From an uncultured Nitrososphaerota archaeon (GTDB taxonomy: Archaea; Thermoproteota; EX4484-205; JAAOZP01): 64,000 nt of DNA. Each line of letters begins with the position of its first letter. Within the stretch, counting starts at the first letter, position 1. A program made the translations under genes and the position numbers. The DNA is taken from positions 1,900-65,899 of the forward strand of contig CAZTSG010000002.1 in NCBI GenBank assembly GCA_964616835.1. Reading direction: 5' to 3'. The notes beneath the pieces were generated by a model. That model did not search any database and was not told the origin of the DNA. It worked only from the letters and a program-made list of their open reading frames with translations. This document shows positions 18,229 through 28,031 of this stretch, in pieces.

Positions 18229-19794
18229 TTGTTGAAGAAAAACGCTGCAAACAATCATGACGGTGGTAAAAAGATAGTCTTAACGGCTTCTGCGATAGAG
18301 ATGAGTGATTTTAATCTAAATCCATTCATAGCTTTCTCAGGAGGCTTCCCCATGTTTCTTCCAAAGGATTTTCTTCGGAGAAGGCTTTATCCTCCAACGC
18401 CGTTCAACGAAGATGGTACGGCAAAGTTCGCTCCTTACGGTCTTAGGAAGATAGAGTCCATACTTATAGATTATTTTGGAGAAGAAAATGTTGCAACAGC
18501 GTATCCCTCTATGCTTGAAAAATTCGTGGGAAAGGATACGAGGGTAGTTGGAATATCTACGATGGACCCGCTTGGCGTGGGGTTTGTAAGCAGAACGTAT
18601 ACGAGTTTCATCGGGATAAGCGGGAAGCCGATGACTGCGGTGGAATTTGAAGACCTGCTTTCAAACCCTTCTCTGAAAAAGTATAGGCCAAAGATAATAG
18701 TTGGAGGAAGCGGTGCGTGGCAGATAGTCAAGGCGGGAGTCCAAGATCAGTTTGGTATAGACACTGTGGTAATGGGTGAAGCTGAGGAAGATGTTTTAGA
18801 AGTCTTCCGGAAGGCTGTGAACAGGGAAGGGCTTCCTAAGCAGGTCGTATGCCGGAAACCTAAACCCGAGAACATACCTTGTATCAAGAAGCCCTCGCTC
18901 TTCGGCGTTGTGGAAGTAACCAGGGGCTGCGGAAGAGGATGCCAGTTCTGCTCACCAACCCTTAGACAAAGATACTCGTTCCCCCTTAACCATATTTTGA
19001 GAGAAGTTGAGTTGAATGCTAAAAACGGCACTAGGATGATAACACTGCAGACAGACGATATTTTTCTATACAAGACTAACCCTGACTTTACTCCGAATAG
19101 AGAAGCAATAGTTGAGCTTGTTAAATCTATCGCCAGAGTCGAGGGGGTACAGTACATTCAGATAGCTCATGCGGCTCTCGCCCCCGTTGTTTACGATCCT
19201 AGAATAGTTGAAGAAATAGCTCCGACGCTTGTTGAGAAGTCAAGATGGGTGTATGTAAATAATGAGAAGTATGCCACGTTTGAAATAGGTATTGAAACAG
19301 GAAGCGTGAAACTTATAGGCAGATACATGAGGGGTAAGATGCTTCCCTACCCTCCGGAGCAGTGGCCCGACATTGTTGTTCAAGCACTTGGAATATTAAA
19401 CGATAACCAGATATACCCCTTAGCCACTTTAATAACAGGATTACCTGGTGAGACACAGGAAGACGTTATCGCCACGCTCGAGCTTCTAGACAGATTGAAG
19501 GATTCGAGAATATTCTACGTGCCGCTACTCTTCACTTCCGAAATGGATTGTATACTTAACAGGGAGAGGCATGCCGACCTCACTAGCCTTACGGAGCTTC
19601 ACTGGGAAGTCTTCTCAACGTGTTGGAACCATAATGTAAAGACATGGACTAACGGGGATTTTCAGCGTCTCGTCCGCATAGGCAGCTTAATAGCCTACGC
19701 CGCCTACTACAGGTGGCTACATGGTCCTAAAGCACTCTACCCTATTCTGAAGGTTTCAGGTTGGAGCGAAAGGCTCTGGAACAATACAAAGTAA
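18229..19794 (+). CDS. B12-binding-domain / radical SAM protein (archaeal uncharacterised family)
   Basis: N-terminal Rossmann-like B12-binding-type region (KIVLTASAIEMSDF...), radical-SAM core VEVTRGCGRGCQFCSPT (Cx3Cx2C), 521 aa. Confidence 0.75.
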   Translation: MLKKNAANNHDGGKKIVLTASAIEMSDFNLNPFIAFSGGFPMFLPKDFLRRRLYPPTPFNEDGTAKFAPYGLRKIESILIDYFGEENVATAYPSMLEKFVGKDTRVVGISTMDPLGVGFVSRTYTSFIGISGKPMTAVEFEDLLSNPSLKKYRPKIIVGGSGAWQIVKAGVQDQFGIDTVVMGEAEEDVLEVFRKAVNREGLPKQVVCRKPKPENIPCIKKPSLFGVVEVTRGCGRGCQFCSPTLRQRYSFPLNHILREVELNAKNGTRMITLQTDDIFLYKTNPDFTPNREAIVELVKSIARVEGVQYIQIAHAALAPVVYDPRIVEEIAPTLVEKSRWVYVNNEKYATFEIGIETGSVKLIGRYMRGKMLPYPPEQWPDIVVQALGILNDNQIYPLATLITGLPGETQEDVIATLELLDRLKDSRIFYVPLLFTSEMDCILNRERHADLTSLTELHWEVFSTCWNHNVKTWTNGDFQRLVRIGSLIAYAAYYRWLHGPKALYPILKVSGWSERLWNNTK

Positions 19795-19796
19795 GG

Positions 19797-20144
19797 TTAT
19801 TCGCTTATTTCCCTAAGCTTCTCGTCAACCATCTTAGCTATTTCGACGAGACTTATCAATACACAGGGAACACCCTTAAGCCTTGCAAGGTCTGCCGTCA
19901 ACTGGTCTTGCGTAACAATTACAAGACCGTTTCTTAAAGCGTGTTCAACAATATTAATGTCCTCCGCTCCCTTTAGACCCGCATCCTCCACAGATTGAGC
20001 ACTCCATCCCAATGCTTTCAAGAAAGGTTTGAGGCCAGAATACATCTCGTCCAAGAGGACCCCTGAGTACTTCATCCCGTCTAACACATGCTGCTTTATT
20101 GTTTTAAAGCTTTCAAAAACCATAAAAACGGTTTCGCGCAACAT
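19797..20144 (-). CDS. DUF5615-like PIN-like small protein (orphan; no DUF433 partner seen)
   Basis: VLLDEMYSGLKPFLKALGWSAQSVEDAGLKGAEDINIVEHALRNGLVIVTQDQ follows the DUF5615 pattern (LDEN...L...G..V.D.GL.GA.D..I...A...G.V.VT.D). Confidence 0.45.
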   Translation of the reverse strand: MLRETVFMVFESFKTIKQHVLDGMKYSGVLLDEMYSGLKPFLKALGWSAQSVEDAGLKGAEDINIVEHALRNGLVIVTQDQLTADLARLKGVPCVLISLVEIAKMVDEKLREISE

Positions 20145-20153
20145 ATAGTAGTG

Positions 20154-21272
20154 ATGTGGCTTCTAAGAAGAGATGCTTTAACCGTCTGGGACAATAAGGA
20201 TGTTGAGAAAAGACTCTCTTGGTACAGGGCCGTTATGATAAATCTTAAGCCTGCAAAGTTTCTAATAGCAAGGAGCATCCGTGCGAACATATCCAGCTCT
20301 GAACTTAGAGAAATGAGTGAGGAAGAGCTTTGGAAGCTTCACGATAGGCTTGGCTCAGAATTCAAAGAAGTTTATGAATCTGTTAAAGGCGATAAGCCTG
20401 TTAAGCTTATTGACGCTGAACCAAGCTTCCTCGATGTTAAAATAGCCTTGTCTGAAAAAATGATAGAGCATTGTGAATTCTGCGAAAGGAGGTGCGGAGC
20501 TAATCGTAAGAAAGGGGAGCTCGGATTCTGCCGAATAGGCTACAAGAGCAGGGTCTCTTCCTGGTTCCACCACTTCGGAGAAGAGGCGCCCCTAATAGGG
20601 GAAGGGGGCTCGGGAACAATATTCTTCGCAGGGTGCAATTTTGGCCCATGTGTTTTCTGTCAGAATTGGGACATTTCATCGGACCCGGAGAATGGCGCAG
20701 AGGTCGATCCCCAGACTTTAGCTCTGATAAGTAAGAGGCTGAGGACCGAGGGCGCAGCCAACATAAACTATGTTGGCGGAGACCCTACTCCAAACCTCCA
20801 CACGATACTGGCGTCTCTAAAGCATTTGAACGTTAACGTTCCACAACTCTGGAATAGTAATATGTACTGTAGTATGGAAACCATGAGGCTGCTGGCAGAG
20901 GTCATAGATATTTGGTTACCTGACTTCAAGTATGGTAACGACGAATGTGCTAAAAGGCTTTCTAAAGTCGGCAATTACTTTGAAATCGTTTCGAGAAACC
21001 ATAAGATAGCTTACGAGAACGGGGATATGATAATCAGGCATCTCGTCCTACCCAACCATGTTGAATGCTGCACAAAGCCCGTTTTAAAATGGATATCGGA
21101 GAATACTCCGATGACCCTAGTGAACATAATGGAGCAGTATCATCCGGACTACTTAGTCGCGAAGAACCCTGAGAAATACCCGGATATAGCTAGGAGGCCG
21201 TCTTCACAAGAGATGAGGGAAGCCTACAACTATGCTAGAGAGCTTGGAATACTTTTTGAACCTGTTTCTTAA
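20154..21272 (+). CDS. Radical SAM protein, PflA/PflX-like (COG1313-type); start moved from 20088 to internal ATG to avoid overlap with the convergent ORF
   Basis: N-terminal Cys cluster HCEFCERRCGANRKKGELGFCR; radical-SAM site GTIFFAGCNFGPCVFCQNWD, spacing read as Cx4Cx2C. Confidence 0.75.
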   Translation: MWLLRRDALTVWDNKDVEKRLSWYRAVMINLKPAKFLIARSIRANISSSELREMSEEELWKLHDRLGSEFKEVYESVKGDKPVKLIDAEPSFLDVKIALSEKMIEHCEFCERRCGANRKKGELGFCRIGYKSRVSSWFHHFGEEAPLIGEGGSGTIFFAGCNFGPCVFCQNWDISSDPENGAEVDPQTLALISKRLRTEGAANINYVGGDPTPNLHTILASLKHLNVNVPQLWNSNMYCSMETMRLLAEVIDIWLPDFKYGNDECAKRLSKVGNYFEIVSRNHKIAYENGDMIIRHLVLPNHVECCTKPVLKWISENTPMTLVNIMEQYHPDYLVAKNPEKYPDIARRPSSQEMREAYNYARELGILFEPVS

Positions 21273-21276
21273 AGCT

Positions 21277-22188
21277 CTAATATTGTTCAAGCATTCTTCT
21301 CAAGCCGTGTTCTAAGCCTATTCTCGGCTTAAACCCTAGTAGGCTTCTTGCCTTAGAAATATCGGCGTAGCTATGCTTTATGTCACCGGGCCTCTCGCCG
21401 ACGTGAATCGGTTCTCCATCGACCCCGCAAAGCTTCATAGTGATGAGAGCCATGTCTCTTATTTTAACGGGATTGCCGGAGCCTATGTTGAGAACCTCGT
21501 CCACGCATCTTTTTTCCAAAACCAGTTTAACAGCCTCAGCAACATCGTCGACATGAATGAAGTCCCTAGTCTGCTCACCGTCTCCATAAACGATCGGTGG
21601 AAGACCTTTCCTGACCCTCTCCAGAAAACGAGTTATAACTCCTGCGTAGGTAGCATTCTGACCGGGCCCGTAGACGTTGAAAAGCCTTAAGACAACTTGT
21701 TTAAGGCCGTATGTTGAAAATAATTTTACGACCTCCTCACCCATCAGCTTGCTTAAACCGTATGGAGAAATAGGTTTGGTAGGATGATTCTCGCTTATGG
21801 GGAGCTCCACTGGATTACCGTAGACCGCGGCTGAGCTTAGGTAAACAAACAGTTTAACACCGGCTTCTGAAGAAGCCTTAGCTACGGAGGCTGTCCCCAA
21901 GACGTTGTTTTCAAAATACATTAGGGGTTTCTCCACCGACTCAGCTACATCCACATAAGCTGCCGCATGGATTACAACATCTGTTTCTTTAAGAAGAACG
22001 CTTATTCTCTCCATATTCATTATTGATGTTCTTACTACAGGTATGTTTTCTTCCTGAAGCCTCTTCGCAGCGAAACCAGTAGACCTTTCGAACGAATCGG
22101 CAACAATAACATTAAAACCATTGCTCCTTAAGTAAATGGCTAGATTATGGCCTATGAACCCGGCTCCGCCAGTAACCAGTATTTTCAT
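21277..22188 (-). CDS. NAD-dependent epimerase/dehydratase (UDP-glucose 4-epimerase-like)
   Basis: MKILVTGGAGFIGHNL (GxxGxxG), YxxxK SPYGLSK, 303 aa. Confidence 0.9.
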   Translation of the reverse strand: MKILVTGGAGFIGHNLAIYLRSNGFNVIVADSFERSTGFAAKRLQEENIPVVRTSIMNMERISVLLKETDVVIHAAAYVDVAESVEKPLMYFENNVLGTASVAKASSEAGVKLFVYLSSAAVYGNPVELPISENHPTKPISPYGLSKLMGEEVVKLFSTYGLKQVVLRLFNVYGPGQNATYAGVITRFLERVRKGLPPIVYGDGEQTRDFIHVDDVAEAVKLVLEKRCVDEVLNIGSGNPVKIRDMALITMKLCGVDGEPIHVGERPGDIKHSYADISKARSLLGFKPRIGLEHGLRRMLEQY

Positions 22189-22257
22189 CTGTCTTAACCC
22201 TTTTCTGCAGCTTAAAACTTTTAAGTTAGAAACATCTGAGAGTAAAGGGGCCTGCTT

Positions 22258-23196
22258 TCAAATCTTTTGAGGAATCTTCCAATACGGTTCTTTCAACGAG
22301 ATCGCTTCCATAAACTTCTCTCTTAAAGCTTCCAAACCGGTTTCAGAACGAACTGATTCAAAAATGTTGACGAGATTATCATTCCGCAATAGGCATGGCT
22401 TCAATCTTCCGTCGCAAGTCACTCTTAGCTTGGAACATCTTGAGCAGAAATCAGGATTATTTACTGGAGACACTATTTCAACAACCGCTTTACCACCATT
22501 CCTCGGGATCGTGTAAACAGCGCGCTGACCAGTCGGGTTCAACGTCCTCATTACGGATTTCAAAGCTATAGATTCTTCGATTTGCCTTAGGCTAACATGG
22601 AATTTTTCGAAGACTTGCTCACCCTCTGGAATTGGTTGAAGCTCTATTAGCTGGAGAGTAGCGCCGATATTGCAAGCGTAATCCATCATTTTTTCCACCT
22701 CATTCTCGTTGATGCCTTTTAGAATAACCATGTTGATCTTAACAGGGTTCAGCTCCACCTCTCTTGCAGCCTCTATACCTTTTAAGACCCTACTAATGTC
22801 TCCACCACCAGTTATACTCTCGTACTTCGACGAATCGAGGCTTGGAAGGCCCACATTAACCCTCGACAAGCCTGCTCTCTTAAGGTCTAATGCATAATCC
22901 TCCAGCAGGACGCCGTTTGTAACTAAAGAAACCTCATCAACCAAAGGGGAGATCCCACTAATTATTTCGACAATATCGCTTCTCACCAGCGGCTCTCCCC
23001 CAGTTATCTTAACATTCTTAATCCCCAAGCTACTGGCAGCTTCAACGATTTTCACAATATCCTTGGCTTCTAAGAGACAGTTACTTGAAGGATCCCACTC
23101 CCTGTGGCAGAAGAAGCATTTAAGATTACACTTTTCTGTGACACATATCCTTAGGTTCCTGACCAGTCTACTCAGCATTCTCAGAGGAGAAGGCAA
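22258..23196 (-). CDS. moaA: GTP 3',8-cyclase MoaA (radical SAM)
   Basis: CVTEKCNLKCFFCH (Cx3Cx2C), GGEPLVR, C-terminal second cluster CSRCSKLRVTCDGRLKPC. Confidence 0.85.
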   Translation of the reverse strand: MPSPLRMLSRLVRNLRICVTEKCNLKCFFCHREWDPSSNCLLEAKDIVKIVEAASSLGIKNVKITGGEPLVRSDIVEIISGISPLVDEVSLVTNGVLLEDYALDLKRAGLSRVNVGLPSLDSSKYESITGGGDISRVLKGIEAAREVELNPVKINMVILKGINENEVEKMMDYACNIGATLQLIELQPIPEGEQVFEKFHVSLRQIEESIALKSVMRTLNPTGQRAVYTIPRNGGKAVVEIVSPVNNPDFCSRCSKLRVTCDGRLKPCLLRNDNLVNIFESVRSETGLEALREKFMEAISLKEPYWKIPQKI

Positions 23197-23224
23197 CTCT
23201 ACCCCTTATATCTTTTCAAGGATT

Positions 23225-24430
23225 TTAAATCATGTCTTTAACTGTCAGGTAGAGGAGTGGTGCGGAGGCAAGGGTCAGGATGCTTGAAGTATAGAAAATT
23301 GACGCTGGCCCGAATAACTCCCAGAAGAAGCCGCCTACAGCTCCGCCAAGCATCCCACTCAATCCATTGCTGAGCTCTATAAAGCCCATTGCCTCCCCGA
23401 GGTTTTCACCGCGACAAATCTCTGCAGTCAATGTCCTCCTCGCAGGAAGATCCATCGCCCCCACGAACCCGAAGATAAAAACACAGAGAAGCATTGTCCA
23501 AAGATTGTTAGATAATGCGAGCATAGCCCAAGCTGGTGATGAGACTAAAAGGTGCGCGAGCAGTATTCTCCAGCTGCCCTTCTTCGCAGTGGCGAATGCC
23601 CACGGCAAGAAGCCCACTGCAGATCCAATGTTCCACATTGCAACAACCATTCCAACCTCACCCATATCTAGACCAACAACCTTTTGCGCAAAAAGGCTTA
23701 TGTAGGGATTAATCATGAAGAAACCAAGCTCGTGGAAGAATAAGGAGAAGCCATAGAAGCACAGGCGCTGGTTTTGCCTTAGCATACGGATCATTGCTTT
23801 AACGTCGAATGAACGCAAAAGAATCCGTAGCTCATTACCACCCGGTGTCTTCTTACCCTCTTTGATGAAAAAGAGATAAATGGGTATTGAGGCGAGGAAA
23901 AATACGGATGAAGCGAGAAAGGGAAGCTCAGCCATAATGTTTTTCGAAAGCCATCCGGATACGAAAGACCCGACAGACGCCCCTACTAATGTTGCAAGAT
24001 AGAAGATTGCGAAGAAAACCGGGGCTCCTTGGGACTCAACGCTTTCAAATATTAGTGCACTAGTGTTCGGAGTGAAGAACGCTGTTGAAAAACCAATTAG
24101 AACATATAAGGAGAAGACTGTTAAAGGATTTACTGCCCAGTAAACGAGCATGCAGGCAACCATACTTAAGAAGCTGGAGAGCATTAAGGGGAATCTTCTC
24201 CCAGTGGCGTCAGACAACCTGCCGCAAGGCATTGATGCAAAACCGATTATACCCCAACTTGCCGAGTTAAACAGCCCTATTTGACTAGGAGAGAAACCCC
24301 TGTTATTGAAAAACGGGGAGGCTATCGACGCCTGCATAGAATATGCTGCCTGATATATGGTTCCACCTGTAACAACCCCTTTGAACTCTGCACTCCTCTT
24401 AAGCATTGTTGGAGAAACTTTAACCCTCAT
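23225..24430 (-). CDS. MFS transporter
   Basis: 12 TM helices; MFS signature after TM2 (GRLSDATGRRFPLM). Confidence 0.8.
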   Translation of the reverse strand: MRVKVSPTMLKRSAEFKGVVTGGTIYQAAYSMQASIASPFFNNRGFSPSQIGLFNSASWGIIGFASMPCGRLSDATGRRFPLMLSSFLSMVACMLVYWAVNPLTVFSLYVLIGFSTAFFTPNTSALIFESVESQGAPVFFAIFYLATLVGASVGSFVSGWLSKNIMAELPFLASSVFFLASIPIYLFFIKEGKKTPGGNELRILLRSFDVKAMIRMLRQNQRLCFYGFSLFFHELGFFMINPYISLFAQKVVGLDMGEVGMVVAMWNIGSAVGFLPWAFATAKKGSWRILLAHLLVSSPAWAMLALSNNLWTMLLCVFIFGFVGAMDLPARRTLTAEICRGENLGEAMGFIELSNGLSGMLGGAVGGFFWELFGPASIFYTSSILTLASAPLLYLTVKDMI

Positions 24431-24456
24431 CTTAAGTCTTTAAAACTATTTAACCC

Positions 24457-25803
24457 GTGACGCGAAAAAATATTCGTAAGATGAGTAGCCCGGGGATAAT
24501 TTTCAGGAAGTATAGGCCGGGGGACGAGGAAGATATTGCTTCACTCCTATGTTCTAGTTTCGAATCCTTCCGCGAATACGGTATTAATAAAGAGGTTTGG
24601 TTGAGATATGGCGAGATAGATAGCGGCTTTAAACCTGAAAACGCTATAGTGGCAGAATACGAGGGGAAAATAGTTGGCTATGTTCAGATAATCAATAGAA
24701 GAGTTAAGATTGGAGATAATTGCTACGTGAGCATGGGGGGCATAGCTAATGTTTCGACTATGCCTGAGATGAGGAGAAGAGGAATAGGAACAACACTCTT
24801 GATGAATGCGATAGAACAGTGTTTAAACGAAGGAATACCTTTGAGCGGTCTTTACACAAGCTACGGGAGCGCTGCTCACAGAATGTATAAGCGAGCAGGC
24901 TATGAAGACACCTTTCTATGCAAGGCTCTCGTCGGAACCGTTGACGAGATGAAACGTGTCAAAGATAATTGTGGCGAAACGAGGGGCGTGGTAATCAGGC
25001 ATTATGAATATGGGGATGAGGAAAAGATGCTTAAAACCTATTTGGAATGGGGCAGGTCTTACACTGGGCTTGTTGAGAGAAGCATCGAGTATTGGAGGAG
25101 AAAGCTTGTTGAAAGAAGTGCCATTCATACTTTTTTCTACGGAGACTTCGACCTTGAAGAAGTTTTCATCGCAGTTGAAAACGGAGAAGTAACTGGATAT
25201 GCTTACACCACGCTCTGTAAGAAGAAAAAAGTCCCCTTCAGACCTCCTGAAGCAGCATTAATAAGGGAACTGGTTTTCAAACCAGGATGTTTAAAGTCCC
25301 TAATAAGCCTAGTGGATGCTGTAATGGATTTCTTCATATCTGAGGATGTTAAGTTGTGTGAAGTAGCTTCTCCGCTTGAAGATATCTATCTTACTGTTTT
25401 CAAGCCGTTTAGGCAAATGCCTCAGGGCATGTTCATGACACACATACCGTTGATCCATAAGCTTTTCGAAGAGCTGAAGAGCGAGTTCGAAAGCAGGCTG
25501 AGCCTCACTCCTCTCCCAGGAGGAAAAATCGTTGTAGAGTTTGAAACACCTTACGGAAGTGTCAGGCTTGGTATTCGTGGAGGAGAAGTGAATATTTCTA
25601 TTGACGAAGAGCCTACTGTAAAAATATTTTTTGATTCAAACTCTTTCACAAGAATGGTCTTCGGGGTAGAGACGATAAACGACCTTGTTGCTGAAAACAT
25701 GATTAGAATACACACTACTCAATACATCGGGAGAGTACTCTCTATGATTCAAGCACTTTTCCCCAGAAGAACATGGTTTATGAGTCCAGTGGACCATTGG
25801 TAA
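24457..25803 (+). CDS. GNAT-family N-acetyltransferase with C-terminal extension (Eis-like GNAT+SCP2-type architecture)
   Basis: GNAT motif A region VSMGGIANVSTMPEMRRRGIGTTLLMNAIEQC; about 450 aa as in Eis-type proteins. Confidence 0.65.
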   Translation: MTRKNIRKMSSPGIIFRKYRPGDEEDIASLLCSSFESFREYGINKEVWLRYGEIDSGFKPENAIVAEYEGKIVGYVQIINRRVKIGDNCYVSMGGIANVSTMPEMRRRGIGTTLLMNAIEQCLNEGIPLSGLYTSYGSAAHRMYKRAGYEDTFLCKALVGTVDEMKRVKDNCGETRGVVIRHYEYGDEEKMLKTYLEWGRSYTGLVERSIEYWRRKLVERSAIHTFFYGDFDLEEVFIAVENGEVTGYAYTTLCKKKKVPFRPPEAALIRELVFKPGCLKSLISLVDAVMDFFISEDVKLCEVASPLEDIYLTVFKPFRQMPQGMFMTHIPLIHKLFEELKSEFESRLSLTPLPGGKIVVEFETPYGSVRLGIRGGEVNISIDEEPTVKIFFDSNSFTRMVFGVETINDLVAENMIRIHTTQYIGRVLSMIQALFPRRTWFMSPVDHW

Positions 25804-25851
25804 GGAAAAACAGAATGTTTTCAATAATAATTGGCAATGTGATGTTCCTGC

Positions 25852-26061
25852 CTATTTGATTTTCAAACCCGGGAAATGGTCTCTTATGAAGCTCTCTATC
25901 GACCTGTCATATGTTTTCTCAGCCTCTTTAGAGAAGAAGCAAGCCGGAAGCTCGTTGTGTGCCCTATGGTAGCTTATGCACTCGCAACATATTCCCTTTC
26001 TCGGACAATCAGGCCATGTGCACGGACAGTTCTTCAGGTTCCTCTCCTTCTTACACTCCAT
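25852..26061 (-). CDS. Small Cys-rich protein (69 aa), conserved-looking 8-Cys pattern
   Basis: MECKKERNLKNCPCTWPDCPRKGICCECISYHRAHNELPACFF...; family identity not confirmed. Confidence 0.4.
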   Translation of the reverse strand: MECKKERNLKNCPCTWPDCPRKGICCECISYHRAHNELPACFFSKEAEKTYDRSIESFIRDHFPGLKIK

Positions 26062-26152
26062 GAAGTTTATGCGAAAACCCTAGATATTTTAATTTTTTGC
26101 TTGGACTTGCGGTCTGACATATGCTTTAATAATCCTGTTAAGAAGAGTAGTC

Positions 26153-27517
26153 ATGGTTAAGATAGCTGTAATCGGTGCAGGAAGCCTAGCGTGGTCTGCA
26201 ACGCTTGTCCGAGACCTTTGTTTAACTCCAAGCCTAGGAGGCTCGACAATTACGTTCATGGATATAGATGAAGAAAGATTAAAACTTATTCACGCGTTTG
26301 CAGAAAGATACGCTTCTGAAACAGGCGCCAAACTCGTATTCGAAAAAACTCTAGACAGGAGGGTGGCGATAAGGGATTCAGACGTAGTTATAAACACGGC
26401 GATGGCTGGGGGACACTCCTATTATGAGAAGATGAGAAGCGTTTCAGAGAAGCATGGTTACTACAGGGGTATAAATAGCGTTGAGTGGAACATGGTTTCC
26501 GATTATCACACTATATGGGGCTATTACCAGTTTAAGCTGGCTCTAGACGTTGCGAGAGATATTGAGGATTTGAGTCCAAATGCTTGGCTTCTACAACTTG
26601 CGAATCCTGTTTTCGAACTAACCACGTTAATAAGCAGGGAGACGAGGGTGAGAGTAATAGGGCTTTGCCACGGGCACTTGGGGTATATGGAGATAGCGAG
26701 TATCCTTGGCCTTGATGTTCGAGATATTGATTTCGAAGCAATAGGCTTTAACCATGTCATCTGGTTAACTAGGTTTAAGCACAGGGGTGAGAATGCCTAC
26801 CCTCTGATAGATGATTGGATTGAGAATAATGCTGAAGAGTACTGGAGGATTTGGCGCGAGGAGCAGGTTAACCCGTTTAACATACAAATGTCTCCCGCGG
26901 CTGTAGACATGTATAAGGTCTATGGGCTTTTCCCAATCGGTGACACCGTAAGAGGAGGAACATGGAAGTATCATTGGAACCTAGAGACGAAGAGAAAATG
27001 GTATGGCTCACTCGCCGGGCCAGATTCGGAGACAGGTTGGGAAGTCTATTTGAACATGTTAAAGTATAATTTCGACACCATAGCCTCAGCCATAGGGGGT
27101 GAGGCTCCATTAACAACAGTACTTCCTCCACAGTTAAGCTTAGAGTCGGTTGTCCCAATCATAAATTCCCTAGTAAATGATGAAGAAGGTGTTTACCAAG
27201 TTAATGTCCTAAACAACGGAGTGATAGAGGGTTTACCGGATGATGTTGCTGTTGAAATACCCGCGAAGATCGACGGTAAGGGGGTTCACGGGATGCAGGT
27301 TGAAAAACTACCGAAACGCGTGGTAAACTATGTTCTTTGCCCCCGGATGATGAGAATGGAGTGGGCTCTAGAAGCATTCTTAGAAGGCGGTAGAGATACT
27401 CTTTTCGAATGGTTGATAACAGACCCTAGGACAAATTCCACAGAGCAGGTTAACCAAGTCATAGATGATCTTCTTTTAATGCCGGAGAACTTAGAGATGG
27501 CGAAACATTTTAAATAA
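26153..27517 (+). CDS. Glycoside hydrolase family 4 (NAD+/Mn2+-dependent alpha-glucosidase / alpha-galactosidase type)
   Basis: N-terminal KIAVIGAGS Rossmann motif, GLCHGH motif, 454 aa. Confidence 0.85.
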   Translation: MVKIAVIGAGSLAWSATLVRDLCLTPSLGGSTITFMDIDEERLKLIHAFAERYASETGAKLVFEKTLDRRVAIRDSDVVINTAMAGGHSYYEKMRSVSEKHGYYRGINSVEWNMVSDYHTIWGYYQFKLALDVARDIEDLSPNAWLLQLANPVFELTTLISRETRVRVIGLCHGHLGYMEIASILGLDVRDIDFEAIGFNHVIWLTRFKHRGENAYPLIDDWIENNAEEYWRIWREEQVNPFNIQMSPAAVDMYKVYGLFPIGDTVRGGTWKYHWNLETKRKWYGSLAGPDSETGWEVYLNMLKYNFDTIASAIGGEAPLTTVLPPQLSLESVVPIINSLVNDEEGVYQVNVLNNGVIEGLPDDVAVEIPAKIDGKGVHGMQVEKLPKRVVNYVLCPRMMRMEWALEAFLEGGRDTLFEWLITDPRTNSTEQVNQVIDDLLLMPENLEMAKHFK

Positions 27518-27520
27518 GTC

Positions 27521-28009
27521 TTATGCTAGAGCAAGCCCTTCCTTCTTAGCCTTCTTCTCAAGATAGAGTGTTGATGCTCTAGCCAGTAGGCCAATGCCGA
27601 TTATGAAGACAAATAGCATTCCTAGCTCCACCTCCACCGGCCAAACAGTACTGGTTCCAAGTATGAAATGGCGTGAAAGATCTATTCCATGGGTTACGGG
27701 GATGAGAAACGCAAGTATCCTTATGGGGTCCGGCATAAACTGGAGAGGAACAAACATTCCTGTGGCTATTTGAAAGAGAAAGTTTAGGATGGACATTACC
27801 GCCGAGATGTCTTTAAAAATCAGTATTGCACTAGACATTATCACTCCAATCTGGCATAGGGCAAGGAAGGTTAGAGACAGTGTAGTGCAAGTCATTAAAA
27901 GTGCTAATGGAGACGGCAGGTCGCCAAGGAGAATAAACGCTGTCGCAAACATGGGAATTATGCCGAAAAGTGTTCCAACAACCGCTTGAGAAAAAGATGA
28001 GGAAAGCAT
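27521..28009 (-). pseudogene. ABC-2 permease, C-terminal half only; paralogous to intact permease at 31579-32538
   Basis: ...LQFMPDPIRILAFLIPVTHGIDLSRHFILG aligns to the intact permease C-terminus ...ISLMPDWLQSVAYVNPLSYLTDALRQLTIL; N-terminal about 160 aa missing. Confidence 0.6.
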
Positions 28010-28031
28010 GTAGAGATATCTTGAGACTGGC

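Noticed and set aside
20088-20153. Upstream extension of the PflX-like radical SAM ORF overlapping the convergent DUF5615-like gene by 57 nt
   Set aside because: Extension adds 22 non-conserved residues; an in-frame ATG at 20154 removes the overlap, so the shorter start is preferred.
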